From a virus, in the IMG/VR virus record IMGVR_UViG_3300038701_002052, positions 8,456-72,455 of that record: DNA of 64,000 nt, one strand, 5' to 3'. The notes under the pieces are model-generated. The model ran no database searches, was not told the origin of the DNA, and worked only from the letters and a program-made list of their open reading frames with translations. Each line of letters opens with the position of its first letter. The stretch's first letter is position 1. Of the stretch, positions 35,294 through 43,156 are shown one piece after another. The position numbers and the translations under genes are program-made.

Positions 35294-36412
35294 ATGCTGA
35301 AGAAATTCAAGACCCGTATCGGGAAGGAAACCGTTCGAGGTGTGAAGAGGTTCACACTGAATACCACTGACCCGTCAGGGAAGCGGACTCGGAAGTTTTT
35401 CAACTCACTCAAGGAGGCCAGGGACGCTGAGAAGCTCCTGTGGCTGGACTACAACGAACACGGTGCGCGTGACCTCAACCTGTCCCACGAGGACCGCCTG
35501 AGATTCGTCACGCTCGACCGTCAATGCAGGAAGGTGGGGACCACGCTCGAGAAGGCTGTTGAGATCGGCCTGGGCTCGTTGGTGGCCCCGGATCCGATCG
35601 CCCTCAAAGAGGGCATGGACGCCTACATCCAGTCGAAGGTCAACCGGCGCTGCAGGCCCCGCACCGTCCAGACGGTCCTGTCCAGGATCCGGCAGCTCGT
35701 GGAGATGATGCCGAAGGATGCCATGTGCAGCGACGTCACACCGGCCATGCTGCGAGACATGGTCCACCGGAACGGCTGGAGCCCCATGACCATGAGGAAC
35801 CGCATGGTCGAGTACGGCGCATTCTTCAGGTGGCTCGTCCGGAACGCCCACATGGCAAACAACCCGGCCGAGCACATGGACAGGATCATTGTCGACCCCA
35901 CCCCGCCTCGCGTCCTGACACCTGAAGAGCTTCGAAGGCTGCTTGGTTGGTGCTGGGAGAACGACCGCGGCATGGCCGGCTGGATCGCGATCGGGGCGTT
36001 CTGCGGAATACGACCAGCCGAGATCAACAGGCTCCCACCACAAAACATCGATCTGAAATCGAAGGTGGTCCTGGTGGAAAGCACTAAGATCAGGGACAAC
36101 CGTTACGTCGACATCCCTGACAATGCGATCCCGTGGCTAGGCGAATTTTCAACAAAGGGATCAAGGAAGCGGTTCGAGAAGGCACGAAGAGAGACCGGGT
36201 TGCTCGATGACTGGCCACCTGACGGACTCAGGAACTCGTGCGCGAGCTACTACGCGGCGCTGTGGGGTGTCGACAAATCAAAGGATCGCCTGGGCCACAA
36301 GGGCGACTCCAGGACGTTCTTCGTCCACTACCGAGTGCCCGTGTTGAAGGATGCGGCAGAGGAATGGTTCAGGATAACACCGGAAGCGACAGGTTGCCCC
36401 ATTACCACCTAA
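35294..36412 (+). CDS. int: Tyrosine integrase
   Basis: GIRPAEI (R), STK (K), DGLRNS, LGH, HY; adjacent to attP. Confidence 0.9.
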   Translation: MLKKFKTRIGKETVRGVKRFTLNTTDPSGKRTRKFFNSLKEARDAEKLLWLDYNEHGARDLNLSHEDRLRFVTLDRQCRKVGTTLEKAVEIGLGSLVAPDPIALKEGMDAYIQSKVNRRCRPRTVQTVLSRIRQLVEMMPKDAMCSDVTPAMLRDMVHRNGWSPMTMRNRMVEYGAFFRWLVRNAHMANNPAEHMDRIIVDPTPPRVLTPEELRRLLGWCWENDRGMAGWIAIGAFCGIRPAEINRLPPQNIDLKSKVVLVESTKIRDNRYVDIPDNAIPWLGEFSTKGSRKRFEKARRETGLLDDWPPDGLRNSCASYYAALWGVDKSKDRLGHKGDSRTFFVHYRVPVLKDAAEEWFRITPEATGCPITT

Positions 36413-36420
36413 AACGTGCC

Positions 36421-36708
36421 TCATGGCATGTTATCCGCATTCTCACTTCGCATATTAACACTGTTCGACATACAGATCCGCAGTCCGAGTTCCTCCATGA
36501 TCTGCCGAGCCTCGTCTGCGACCACGCGGCTTTTGACCTTGGATCGCTCGTTTTGTCGCGATGCCTCCCGGACGATGCACTCCATGAGTAGCAGTTGATT
36601 TTCCAGCAGTGTCGCCATGCCGAAGCACACGATAGATAGCCATTCCTCATGAGTCTTGGCTGCGTCAGTCAGTTGGATTGCAAAGTTTTCAGTGCCAATG
36701 GATGCCAT
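36421..36708 (-). CDS. Hypothetical cassette protein
   Basis: ATG lies 3 nt after the attC-like site. Confidence 0.55.
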   Translation of the reverse strand: MASIGTENFAIQLTDAAKTHEEWLSIVCFGMATLLENQLLLMECIVREASRQNERSKVKSRVVADEARQIMEELGLRICMSNSVNMRSENADNMP

Positions 36709-36711
36709 AAT

Positions 36712-36807
36712 GCCGAACCAGTTCGTGCAGCCAACCCCTACCGGGCCGCGTCTTTTGTGTTGGTTGAGTCGTCAGCCGGTAGGGGCGGCTGACGAAGGTC
36801 GTTCGGC
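36712..36807 (+). mobile_element. Integron attC-like site (96 bp)
   Basis: R'' GCCGAAC ... R' GTTCGGC; arms TTCGT(G)CAGCCA(A)CCCCTACCGG and CCGGTAGGGGCGGCTGACGAA pair, leaving extrahelical G and A. Confidence 0.8.
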
Positions 36808-36810
36808 GAA

Positions 36811-37179
36811 TCAAAGATCGTGCGCTTTGAGTGCATCCACGACCTCCTTTTTGGCTCCAAGAATCTCGCGGAAGAAGTCGCTCCACTTCATTCCTTGAAG
36901 CCGCTTGTGGTGTTTCGCGCTGGAGACGAGTTCTTCTTCCGTCTCGCCGCTGGCGACCGTCTCTTCGTGGAGGTGTTCCCAATCGAGCGCATTACCGTCT
37001 TGATCGACCCATTGGCCGGGATCGTCCTTGGTGTGTCGCTTGTAGCCAAGCACGAGGAACATCTTGCCCGCTGGCGTCGAGATTCTGGCCTCGTCAGCAT
37101 TGGGGAACATCCGCCGAAAACGCCGAACAAGTCGCGGCAGGTCAACCGCTGCCCGCGGGTCAGTTTTCTGTGTTTTCAT
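36811..37179 (-). CDS. Hypothetical cassette protein
   Basis: Bounded by two attC-like sites; its N-terminus (AVDLPRLVRR) is encoded by an attC arm. Confidence 0.6.
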   Translation of the reverse strand: MKTQKTDPRAAVDLPRLVRRFRRMFPNADEARISTPAGKMFLVLGYKRHTKDDPGQWVDQDGNALDWEHLHEETVASGETEEELVSSAKHHKRLQGMKWSDFFREILGAKKEVVDALKAHDL

Positions 37180-37223
37180 AGTCTTTTGGCGCGGGCATCG
37201 GTGCCTGCGCTTTGGCGTTCTCT
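37122..37223 (+). mobile_element. Integron attC-like site (102 bp)
   Basis: R'' GCCGAAC-AAGTCGCGGCAGGTCAACCGCTGCCCGCG ... CGCGGGCATCGGTGCCTGCGCTTTGGC-GTTCTCT R'; extrahelical G, T and A. Confidence 0.8.
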
Positions 37224-37354
37224 CTTAAAACTTCTGATAGTCCACCCCTGAAAGCCGTGACTGGCTCGTTCCCCGCTGGCTCATTATCGTAGATAAATCT
37301 TTCAAGGGCGGTTAAAGGCTCTGTGGTTTTTGTATGGCTCCAGATTCGTGTCAT
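37160..37354 (-). CDS. Hypothetical cassette protein
   Basis: LTALERFIYDNEPAG; C-terminus ENAKAQAP comes from the attC arm. Confidence 0.55.
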   Translation of the reverse strand: MTRIWSHTKTTEPLTALERFIYDNEPAGNEPVTAFRGGLSEVLRENAKAQAPMPAPKDYENTEN

Positions 37355-37356
37355 GA

Positions 37357-37659
37357 TCACTCGCCCTTTCCCCAAAACCAGATTTCATCACCAGGTTCGG
37401 CTTCGATGCCCCATCCGTGAACCTCTGGGTCGTAATTGACCTGCGAACACAGACCGGCTTGCTTGGCCAGCGGTAGCACGTCCTCACTCCACTCGTCCGA
37501 GCAGAAGTGCGCCGTGTCCATGCATAGGCAATCACAGCCAGCCTCGGGGCCGCATGTACCTTGGTGTGCGGGCTCAGGAATCACGCCGTGATTTAGCACA
37601 GACATTGTCCACTCCAGTCTTTTGCGGAGGTTTTTGATTAGTTCAGTGTCGTTCATCAT
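37357..37659 (-). CDS. Hypothetical Cys/His-containing protein
   Basis: ORF in the leftward cluster. Confidence 0.5.
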   Translation of the reverse strand: MMNDTELIKNLRKRLEWTMSVLNHGVIPEPAHQGTCGPEAGCDCLCMDTAHFCSDEWSEDVLPLAKQAGLCSQVNYDPEVHGWGIEAEPGDEIWFWGKGE

Positions 37660-37940
37660 TCAAACTTGGGTGTGTTGTGAAGCTCTGTCAGCTCCCGCGT
37701 CATCCACTCGATACGGGTCCGGATCTGGTCGTTCGCGTCAGCCACCGCAGCCTCACGCGTGGCCCACAGCCACCGGACGTTGATGGGCTTGGGCGAGACG
37801 CGTCCCTCAAGAATGCAGACACCCTTGCCGCTCGTCGCCAGGGACCGGTAGATCACCTTTTCAATGCCGTCCTTCAACGCGTTCTCCGTGGTGTGGAGCG
37901 TCTGTCCTGGAATGAGTTCCCTTGCTTCCTGATTGGTCAT
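37656..37940 (-). CDS. Hypothetical protein
   Basis: First ORF of the leftward cluster. Confidence 0.5.
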   Translation of the reverse strand: MTNQEARELIPGQTLHTTENALKDGIEKVIYRSLATSGKGVCILEGRVSPKPINVRWLWATREAAVADANDQIRTRIEWMTRELTELHNTPKFE

Positions 37941-38008
37941 TTTAGTCTGAATTCACTGGTTGACGAATACCGGAAGTTAGCCCAAAGTTGGGCTAACGCA
38001 AATAAAAA

Positions 38009-38488
38009 ATGCAGCTCAAAGTAATCTCACCCACCATCACGCTCGACATCACCGGTGCCTACGCCAGCGGAGACGTTCTATTCGGACTGACAGCGATCCC
38101 CAACCGCGGCGGCTTCTCGAACGGTGTCGCCAACATGCTGCGGACGGTCACCGTGATCGACCGCTACAACCAGGCCCCCGAATTCGACCTCGTCCTCTTT
38201 GACTGCGACGCAGGCGACCCCACCCTGGCAGCCGCAAACGCCGCATGGACGCTGACAGCGGACCACGGCGAGAAGATCATCAATTTCGTCGACGTGGACG
38301 CGGCTGACTACGGCTCGATCGCCGCAACCGGCGGAGCGGTCCGCATCGCCCACTTCTCCGGCCTTCAGATCCCGATCAACACGGATACGTTGAAGATCGC
38401 AGGCATCTCCAGAGGCACTCCAAACTACGCCTCAGGATCCGCCACCACTGATTTCGTCATCCGCCTTGGCATCGACCAGAGCATCTGA
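38009..38488 (+). CDS. Beta-rich protein resembling small phage virion/decoration proteins
   Basis: AYASGDVL...VTVID...FDLVLF...AANAAWTLT pattern; core-like GC content. Confidence 0.4.
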   Translation: MQLKVISPTITLDITGAYASGDVLFGLTAIPNRGGFSNGVANMLRTVTVIDRYNQAPEFDLVLFDCDAGDPTLAAANAAWTLTADHGEKIINFVDVDAADYGSIAATGGAVRIAHFSGLQIPINTDTLKIAGISRGTPNYASGSATTDFVIRLGIDQSI

Positions 38489-38543
38489 CACCCATTTCCA
38501 ACCGGAGGAAGGCACCCCACCCGCGTTTCATACTCAGCACCCC

Positions 38544-38801
38544 ATGGACGCTTCGACCCTTCCGAATCCCCGAGTCCAGACAACCCGCCCCTCGCGAACG
38601 GCCCCTCCGGTTGGATCCCAATCTCAGCAACAGCGCGTCAGAAAATGCGCCATGTGCCCCTCCTGCGGCACCACCCAGTCAAACGTCCTGTTCGGCAGGC
38701 TGAAGAAGGACGGAACCCTAAGGCGACGGCGTCACTGCCTCGGTTGCGGGGAAAGGTTCACCACCATTGAAGTCGCGACCCAATTCCTCAAATCACGTTG
38801 A
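38544..38801 (+). CDS. NrdR-like zinc-ribbon protein (no ATP cone)
   Basis: MCPSCG...RRRRHCLGCGERFTTIE. Confidence 0.65.
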   Translation: MDASTLPNPRVQTTRPSRTAPPVGSQSQQQRVRKCAMCPSCGTTQSNVLFGRLKKDGTLRRRRHCLGCGERFTTIEVATQFLKSR

Positions 38802-39078
38802 ACTGGTCGCCAGGCCCACAACGTCAGGCAGATGGGCCATCTGGACAGCCCTCGCCTGGACCCGACTCCGCACAGGTGACCTCCTGCTCGCCTACAACCT
38901 CTTCAAGTCCGACCCCGGACAAGGCAGCTTCCTCGAGATGAAACGGGACCTGGACCGCGTGGGCATGGGTCCGGAATGGAAGACCGAGGAGGACGCAAAC
39001 ACAGCCATCGCATGCTTCAACGCCTACACGTCCCAGAAATGGGCCAAGAAGCGTGCTGTGAGGCGTAAGAATACCTGA
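38767..39078 (+). CDS. Hypothetical protein
   Basis: ORF overlapping the upstream gene. Confidence 0.45.
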   Translation: MKSRPNSSNHVELVARPTTSGRWAIWTALAWTRLRTGDLLLAYNLFKSDPGQGSFLEMKRDLDRVGMGPEWKTEEDANTAIACFNAYTSQKWAKKRAVRRKNT

Positions 39079-39375
39079 TCAAAACAACGTTGGCTGGTTC
39101 GTGTCAGAATACTCCCGGATCAGCCTCTTGCGATACGGCGTGAAGCTCTTCACCTTGACGCCTGAAACGGTCCACCCAGCCGCTTTGGGCGCTCCGGCCT
39201 CCACAAACCGATCATAGACCGACCTTGGGACCTTCTGCCCAACCAACCCGGAAAGCCACCCCCTTGAAAACGGCCATTCAACCCCAAGGATCTCCACCTG
39301 GACACGCCTGAAACCTCCCTTCGGCGTCTTTCCGGCATGCAGGTTCTCACGAGTCAATTCCACCATCTCTTCCAT
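39079..39375 (-). CDS. Hypothetical phage protein
   Basis: GGFRRVQVEILGVEWPFSRGWL motif. Confidence 0.55.
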   Translation of the reverse strand: MEEMVELTRENLHAGKTPKGGFRRVQVEILGVEWPFSRGWLSGLVGQKVPRSVYDRFVEAGAPKAAGWTVSGVKVKSFTPYRKRLIREYSDTNQPTLF

Positions 39376-39401
39376 GCCATCAAATTCCCACCTATTCTCA
39401 C

Positions 39402-39430
39402 TTGCGTCAAGACGCAGTTGCCCGTAACTT
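39402..39430 (+). promoter_or_regulatory. Sigma70-like promoter with an overlapping CCCGTAACT operator
   Basis: TTGCGT-N17-TAACTT; also contains the palindrome TGCGTC-AA-GACGCA. Confidence 0.55.
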
Positions 39431-39435
39431 GGGGT

Positions 39436-39970
39436 TGGATCATTCCGCGTGGTCCTTACATATCAGCAGGCGTTGCTGGTCTCTTCCACAGGTGTACACG
39501 GTGCGCGGGCCGGCCTTGGAAGGGGTCGCTCTCAGAGCGTAAACGCCTCCGAGTTCAGTTGGGAACCCCACTGCGGCCAACACCGCAGACCGAGTGACCT
39601 GAAACACGGCACGACGACGGGCTCGTTAAACATACCGCCTCTCCAGGTGGAGAGGATGGGGGAGTCTATAAGCTCCCCCATACCGTCGCGGCTTAACAGC
39701 CGTGAAACCTTGGTTCGGGGGAAGATCACCCCTGAGTGCGCTACAGGGCAACCGGGCGCATCTGTCCCAGCAAAGGACCGAGGTGCGGAAAGAACACTCC
39801 CAAAGTGTTCGGGACCGCCATGCAACCATACTCGTCGTTTGGACGGTTGAAACGGTGCAAAAGCGCCAAGCATGTTCACTCTCCACTGAGACTGGAGGGT
39901 GAACTGTGCCCCAGCCTGCCGAATGGAGCGGTGAAACGGGTGTTAAAGCAGACACGGCGCTTGCATAGCA
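39436..39970 (+). ncRNA. Candidate large structured ncRNA (about 530 nt)
   Basis: More than 10 hairpins plus long-range helices forming multiloops; no convincing ORF; promoter upstream and next promoter directly downstream. Confidence 0.55.
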
Positions 39971-39974
39971 CAAC

Positions 39975-40002
39975 TTGCACAACACGTAACTTGGGCTACC
40001 TT
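39975..40002 (+). promoter_or_regulatory. Sigma70-like promoter with a CACGTAACT operator in the spacer
   Basis: TTGCAC-N16-TACCTT, 10 nt before ATG 40012. Confidence 0.5.
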
Positions 40003-40011
40003 CTGGCCCAC

Positions 40012-40254
40012 ATGAGATACAACAACAGGACGAACAAGGGGCTGACGGGTACACCAACGCAGATCGAGCCGCAACCCGGCCGTACAAGTACAGGAAAGAT
40101 CAGCAGATACGAACAACTGCTCCGAAAGAAATCCCGTCAACCACTCAGCCCGCAAGAACACGCCAACCTCATCACACTGGCCGGAAAACTCGGCAAGCTG
40201 ACCAAGAAGGAGGCCGGCAGAATCCTCAAAAAGCTGCAGGCTCATACCAGATGA
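40012..40254 (+). CDS. Small basic hypothetical protein
   Basis: MRYNNRTNKG...; follows the promoter. Confidence 0.5.
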   Translation: MRYNNRTNKGLTGTPTQIEPQPGRTSTGKISRYEQLLRKKSRQPLSPQEHANLITLAGKLGKLTKKEAGRILKKLQAHTR

Positions 40255-40532
40255 ACCCAATATCAAGTCTCGGCATGTACAAAGAGACCCAAAAAGCTGA
40301 AACAAGAAGACGACAATTCCTCAAAAAGGCCGCCGACCGCGGTGAGTTCGTACAAGAAGTGGACGGCTTTGTTTACTGGCTCCCAAACGAGTCACAGAGC
40401 GGGATCATGGCGTCTCACCACCTCCGCTGGATTGCTGGTGAACTGGACCGAAGAAACGAGCAGTGGAACCGCGAGATCAACGCGGCGCTGTCACCAGTAG
40501 TAGACCCAGGGCTTGGTGTCCAACGGGAATAA
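40251..40532 (+). CDS. Hypothetical protein
   Basis: EVDGFVYWLP...HHLRWIAGELD. Confidence 0.55.
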   Translation: MNPISSLGMYKETQKAETRRRQFLKKAADRGEFVQEVDGFVYWLPNESQSGIMASHHLRWIAGELDRRNEQWNREINAALSPVVDPGLGVQRE

Positions 40533-40712
40533 AACCTCCTCCTCGCCGGACATAACCCTGGAAACGCAGGCGCGGCACTCAGCACGCCTCTTCCTGTGCT
40601 TCTGAAGCCTTCGCCACTCCTTGGGCTCAGCTCGAAGCCACCCGCCATCACGCCACAGATCAGCTTTCAAGCCCCTACACCTGCTCTTGTTGTGGTGATA
40701 CGTGCGGCTCAT
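40491..40712 (-). CDS. Small basic hypothetical protein (inverted moron)
   Basis: MSRTYHH...EPKEW...FPLDTKPWVYYW. Confidence 0.5.
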   Translation of the reverse strand: MSRTYHHNKSRCRGLKADLWRDGGWLRAEPKEWRRLQKHRKRRAECRACVSRVMSGEEEVLFPLDTKPWVYYW

Positions 40713-40777
40713 GTAAATCGACATTACACACGAATTCCCACTTGCACAACCCGTAGTTACAGGTCACATTCCCGGAC

Positions 40778-40894
40778 ATGAAACACAAGACCCTCACCCC
40801 CGGCGACTACCTGGTCTCAATCCTAGGTGGAATCTTCCTCTTCCTCATCGTCACCCAGGCCGTACAAAGCGGCTGCGCCATCATCACGCCATGA
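40778..40894 (+). CDS. Small single-TM protein
   Basis: MKHKTLTPGDYLVSILGGIFLFLIVTQAV; TTGCAC promoter and operator directly upstream. Confidence 0.45.
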   Translation: MKHKTLTPGDYLVSILGGIFLFLIVTQAVQSGCAIITP

Positions 40895-41115
40895 AACCAA
40901 ACCCTCTCAGAACCCACATCATCCAGACCGTCCAACAAAACGACCTCCAACTCTCAACAGATGAACTCATCTCCAAAACCACCAACCACTTCCGCAACGA
41001 ATACCCCCAAAGAACCATCACAGCCGCCATCCAGGAACTCTTCCAGGAACGCATCTTCTGGATCCGCAGAAACAAGGTCGCACTCGTCCACGGTGCCACA
41101 CAGAAGGCTGAGTGA
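40891..41115 (+). CDS. Small winged-helix-like hypothetical protein
   Basis: 74 aa; ATGA overlap. Confidence 0.45.
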   Translation: MKPNPLRTHIIQTVQQNDLQLSTDELISKTTNHFRNEYPQRTITAAIQELFQERIFWIRRNKVALVHGATQKAE

Positions 41116-41149
41116 GGCTATCAGATACCTCAAATACGATATGAAGTGG

Positions 41150-41233
41150 TCATAACGACCAACGAACCAATGGCTATGAATGCACAAGAAAACTCCGACG
41201 AGGTGGGTATTGATGTCCAACGCCTTGTTCGCC
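41150..41233 (-). mobile_element. Degenerate/hybrid attC-like site
   Basis: R'' GGCGAAC-AAGGCGTTGGACATCAA ... TTGGTC-GTTATGA R'; arms pair poorly. Confidence 0.5.
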
Positions 41234-41499
41234 GCTTGATGGATACCGTGGAAACTACCGCCATGGAATACCCGCCGTTCTGCAAAGATGTGAGGCATGC
41301 GTGTCTCGAACTTGAACGCCTCAACCAATGGAAAAGGGAAGGGATGCGGGTTTTGGGAGAGTGGGAATCCGTATGGGTTGCCGCTGGATCACCGGGAAGA
41401 TTGGGGCAATCCAAAGCAGAAGCGGTGCGAGAACTTATTGCCGCCCAACTACACATATCCTCCCACAGCCACAACACCGGGGAACACAATTTCAAATGA
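41176..41499 (+). CDS. Hypothetical cassette protein
   Basis: N-terminus IDVQRLVRR comes from the attC arm; ERLNQWKREGMRVLGEWE. Confidence 0.55.
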   Translation: MNAQENSDEVGIDVQRLVRRLMDTVETTAMEYPPFCKDVRHACLELERLNQWKREGMRVLGEWESVWVAAGSPGRLGQSKAEAVRELIAAQLHISSHSHNTGEHNFK

Positions 41500-41783
41500 C
41501 CCACCTCAACATGCCATCAAAATCGCTCAGAATGGCCCCTGTAAGCCGTTTTGCAACCAATGGGCGAGAACGGTGGGGCGACGGCACAGAGAGGGCACCA
41601 GGGGGGCGGGCAGAGGGCGTTAAGAATGGTTTTGACGGAATGCCACGAAGTTTAGAACGACCACATATAACATTATGCGACCTCGTCAGGCCTTCCCCCC
41701 AATGCCCCCCACCCCGGTGGTTGAGGCTCCTGGTCGACTCCTCTGACAATGTTAACCAAAATGGGTTAGGTCACACGTTTCTA

Positions 41784-41796
41784 TAAGTCGTTGATT
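41784..41796 (-). promoter_or_regulatory. IHF-consensus site
   Basis: Minus strand AATCAACGACTTA matches WATCAANNNNTTR; overlaps the palindrome GTTGATTATCAAC. Confidence 0.45.
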
Positions 41797-41884
41797 ATCA
41801 ACGGTTACCTACAGAATTGTGGGAAAATTGCTAGCAGTTGGGCGGTCAATCGTTACTAAAACAGGCCGGACCTATCCCCCTACT

Positions 41885-42600
41885 AAGTGTTCGAAATGCG
41901 GTTCGGGAACACGGTAAATGCAAAGCGTTTGCAATTCCCAACAAGCGCGGACGGTGAAGCGGTTTCGTTCTGACTACGCTTGGTTTCCATGAAACCTTCT
42001 GGGTTGTAGCTCTTGACGACTCCCCTTTGACGGTGACACGGTGATCAAAGATCCTGCGTTGCTGAATGCGGACCCTTCCGTATCCCTCTGGTTCGCAGAG
42101 GTTTCGGTTTGAGAATTCCGCAGCGGTGTAGGCCTGATGCCGGCCTAGCTGGATCGACTCCAGCCATCAGAAGCCCCAGCGAAACAATTGGGCGCGTATC
42201 TGAGTGACCCCTACCGCATGGCAGAAGTGTGAAGGAAGCACGAACGAGAGACGCGCTTATAGCATGGCGCGGCGGGGTGCGCACCCTTGCTTTCGGACGG
42301 TGAGCCAGCTAACGGGCAAACAAATTTGGTGGAAGCCTGCAATGAAACCGGGCAAGCGGAGTGCTTGAAACCTTGGCATTGTGGGTTGATTAGGTGGGCG
42401 CGTTGTGCGTCGCCACACTGGGGGAATGGTCCCCGCAATCCCTTGTGATGGACAAGGAAAGGCACGTCAGTTACAGCGGGCGAGGTTTTACGTTGTGGCA
42501 GTGTGCGTTGGTTAATGGAATTGGACCGGTATTGATTCTTTGAATCGTTATCGGTCCATGTCCATTTGTGGTGCTCTGCGGGGCATTACAAATGGGCAAT
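41885..42600 (+). ncRNA. Second candidate structured ncRNA or long structured leader (about 700 nt)
   Basis: Dense hairpins, a possible pseudoknot and a T-arm-like stem-loop; no convincing ORF. Confidence 0.45.
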
Positions 42601-42649
42601 ACGTCCAGACGTTGCCGGTCGTGATACCGGCTTTTGAATGGGAGATGCT

Positions 42650-43156
42650 ATGAACACCACACTACAGTTACGGAATGAATCCGCCATCGCGATCAGTGAC
42701 AACCCTGTTCCTGGGTGTAACCGGTTGGTTGATGCGGTTCGCGATAGGTTTGAAGACGGGGCTATGTATCGTGCTGGCAAGGCGTCGGATACGGTGACGT
42801 TCATCACGAAGAAACATTACGGGGAGATGTACGGGTTGAAGGGCGCGGCTTTGAACAAGGCGCATCGCGAGTATCTGGGGCAGTTTCGCAGGGCGACTGC
42901 TCAGTTCATCGGCGGCGAGGTTGCTGCGGGGAACATCCTGTTGCATGGAATGACAGTGAATCGTAAGACGGGCAACGGCACACTCAAGATTGCTGATGCG
43001 AAGGTGGTAGCTGCTCGTGACGCGAAGGCGTCGAGAAGGGGCCGGAAGGCTGACAAGGTGACGACGGCCGTTGACGTTGCCCGTAACTCTGGGTTGACTG
43101 ACGAGCAGATTGTGGCGCTGTTGGAAGGTGTGAAGGGGAGCGAGGTGGGCAAGTGA
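42650..43156 (+). CDS. Hypothetical protein (first gene of the early arm)
   Basis: Coupled to the downstream gene. Confidence 0.55.
   Translation: MNTTLQLRNESAIAISDNPVPGCNRLVDAVRDRFEDGAMYRAGKASDTVTFITKKHYGEMYGLKGAALNKAHREYLGQFRRATAQFIGGEVAAGNILLHGMTVNRKTGNGTLKIADAKVVAARDAKASRRGRKADKVTTAVDVARNSGLTDEQIVALLEGVKGSEVGK

Noticed and set aside
35294-36412. Integron integrase (IntI) call for either recombinase
   Set aside because: Neither this protein nor 55019-56110 has the IntI-specific insertion between the Lys patch and HxxR; this one is tied to a tRNA attP.
39436-39970. Group I/II intron, RNase P or tmRNA identity
   Set aside because: No interrupted gene, no domain V or P7 consensus, no GAGGAAAGUCC, no tRNA-like ends or tag ORF.
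39449-40087. Protein-coding ORFs across the structured region
   Set aside because: Several overlapping ORFs on both strands, none with phage-like codon use or motifs; RNA structure explains the region better.
42129-42192. Hammerhead ribozyme
   Set aside because: CTGATGC rather than CTGANGA, and no proper stem III/NUH arrangement around CGAAAC.
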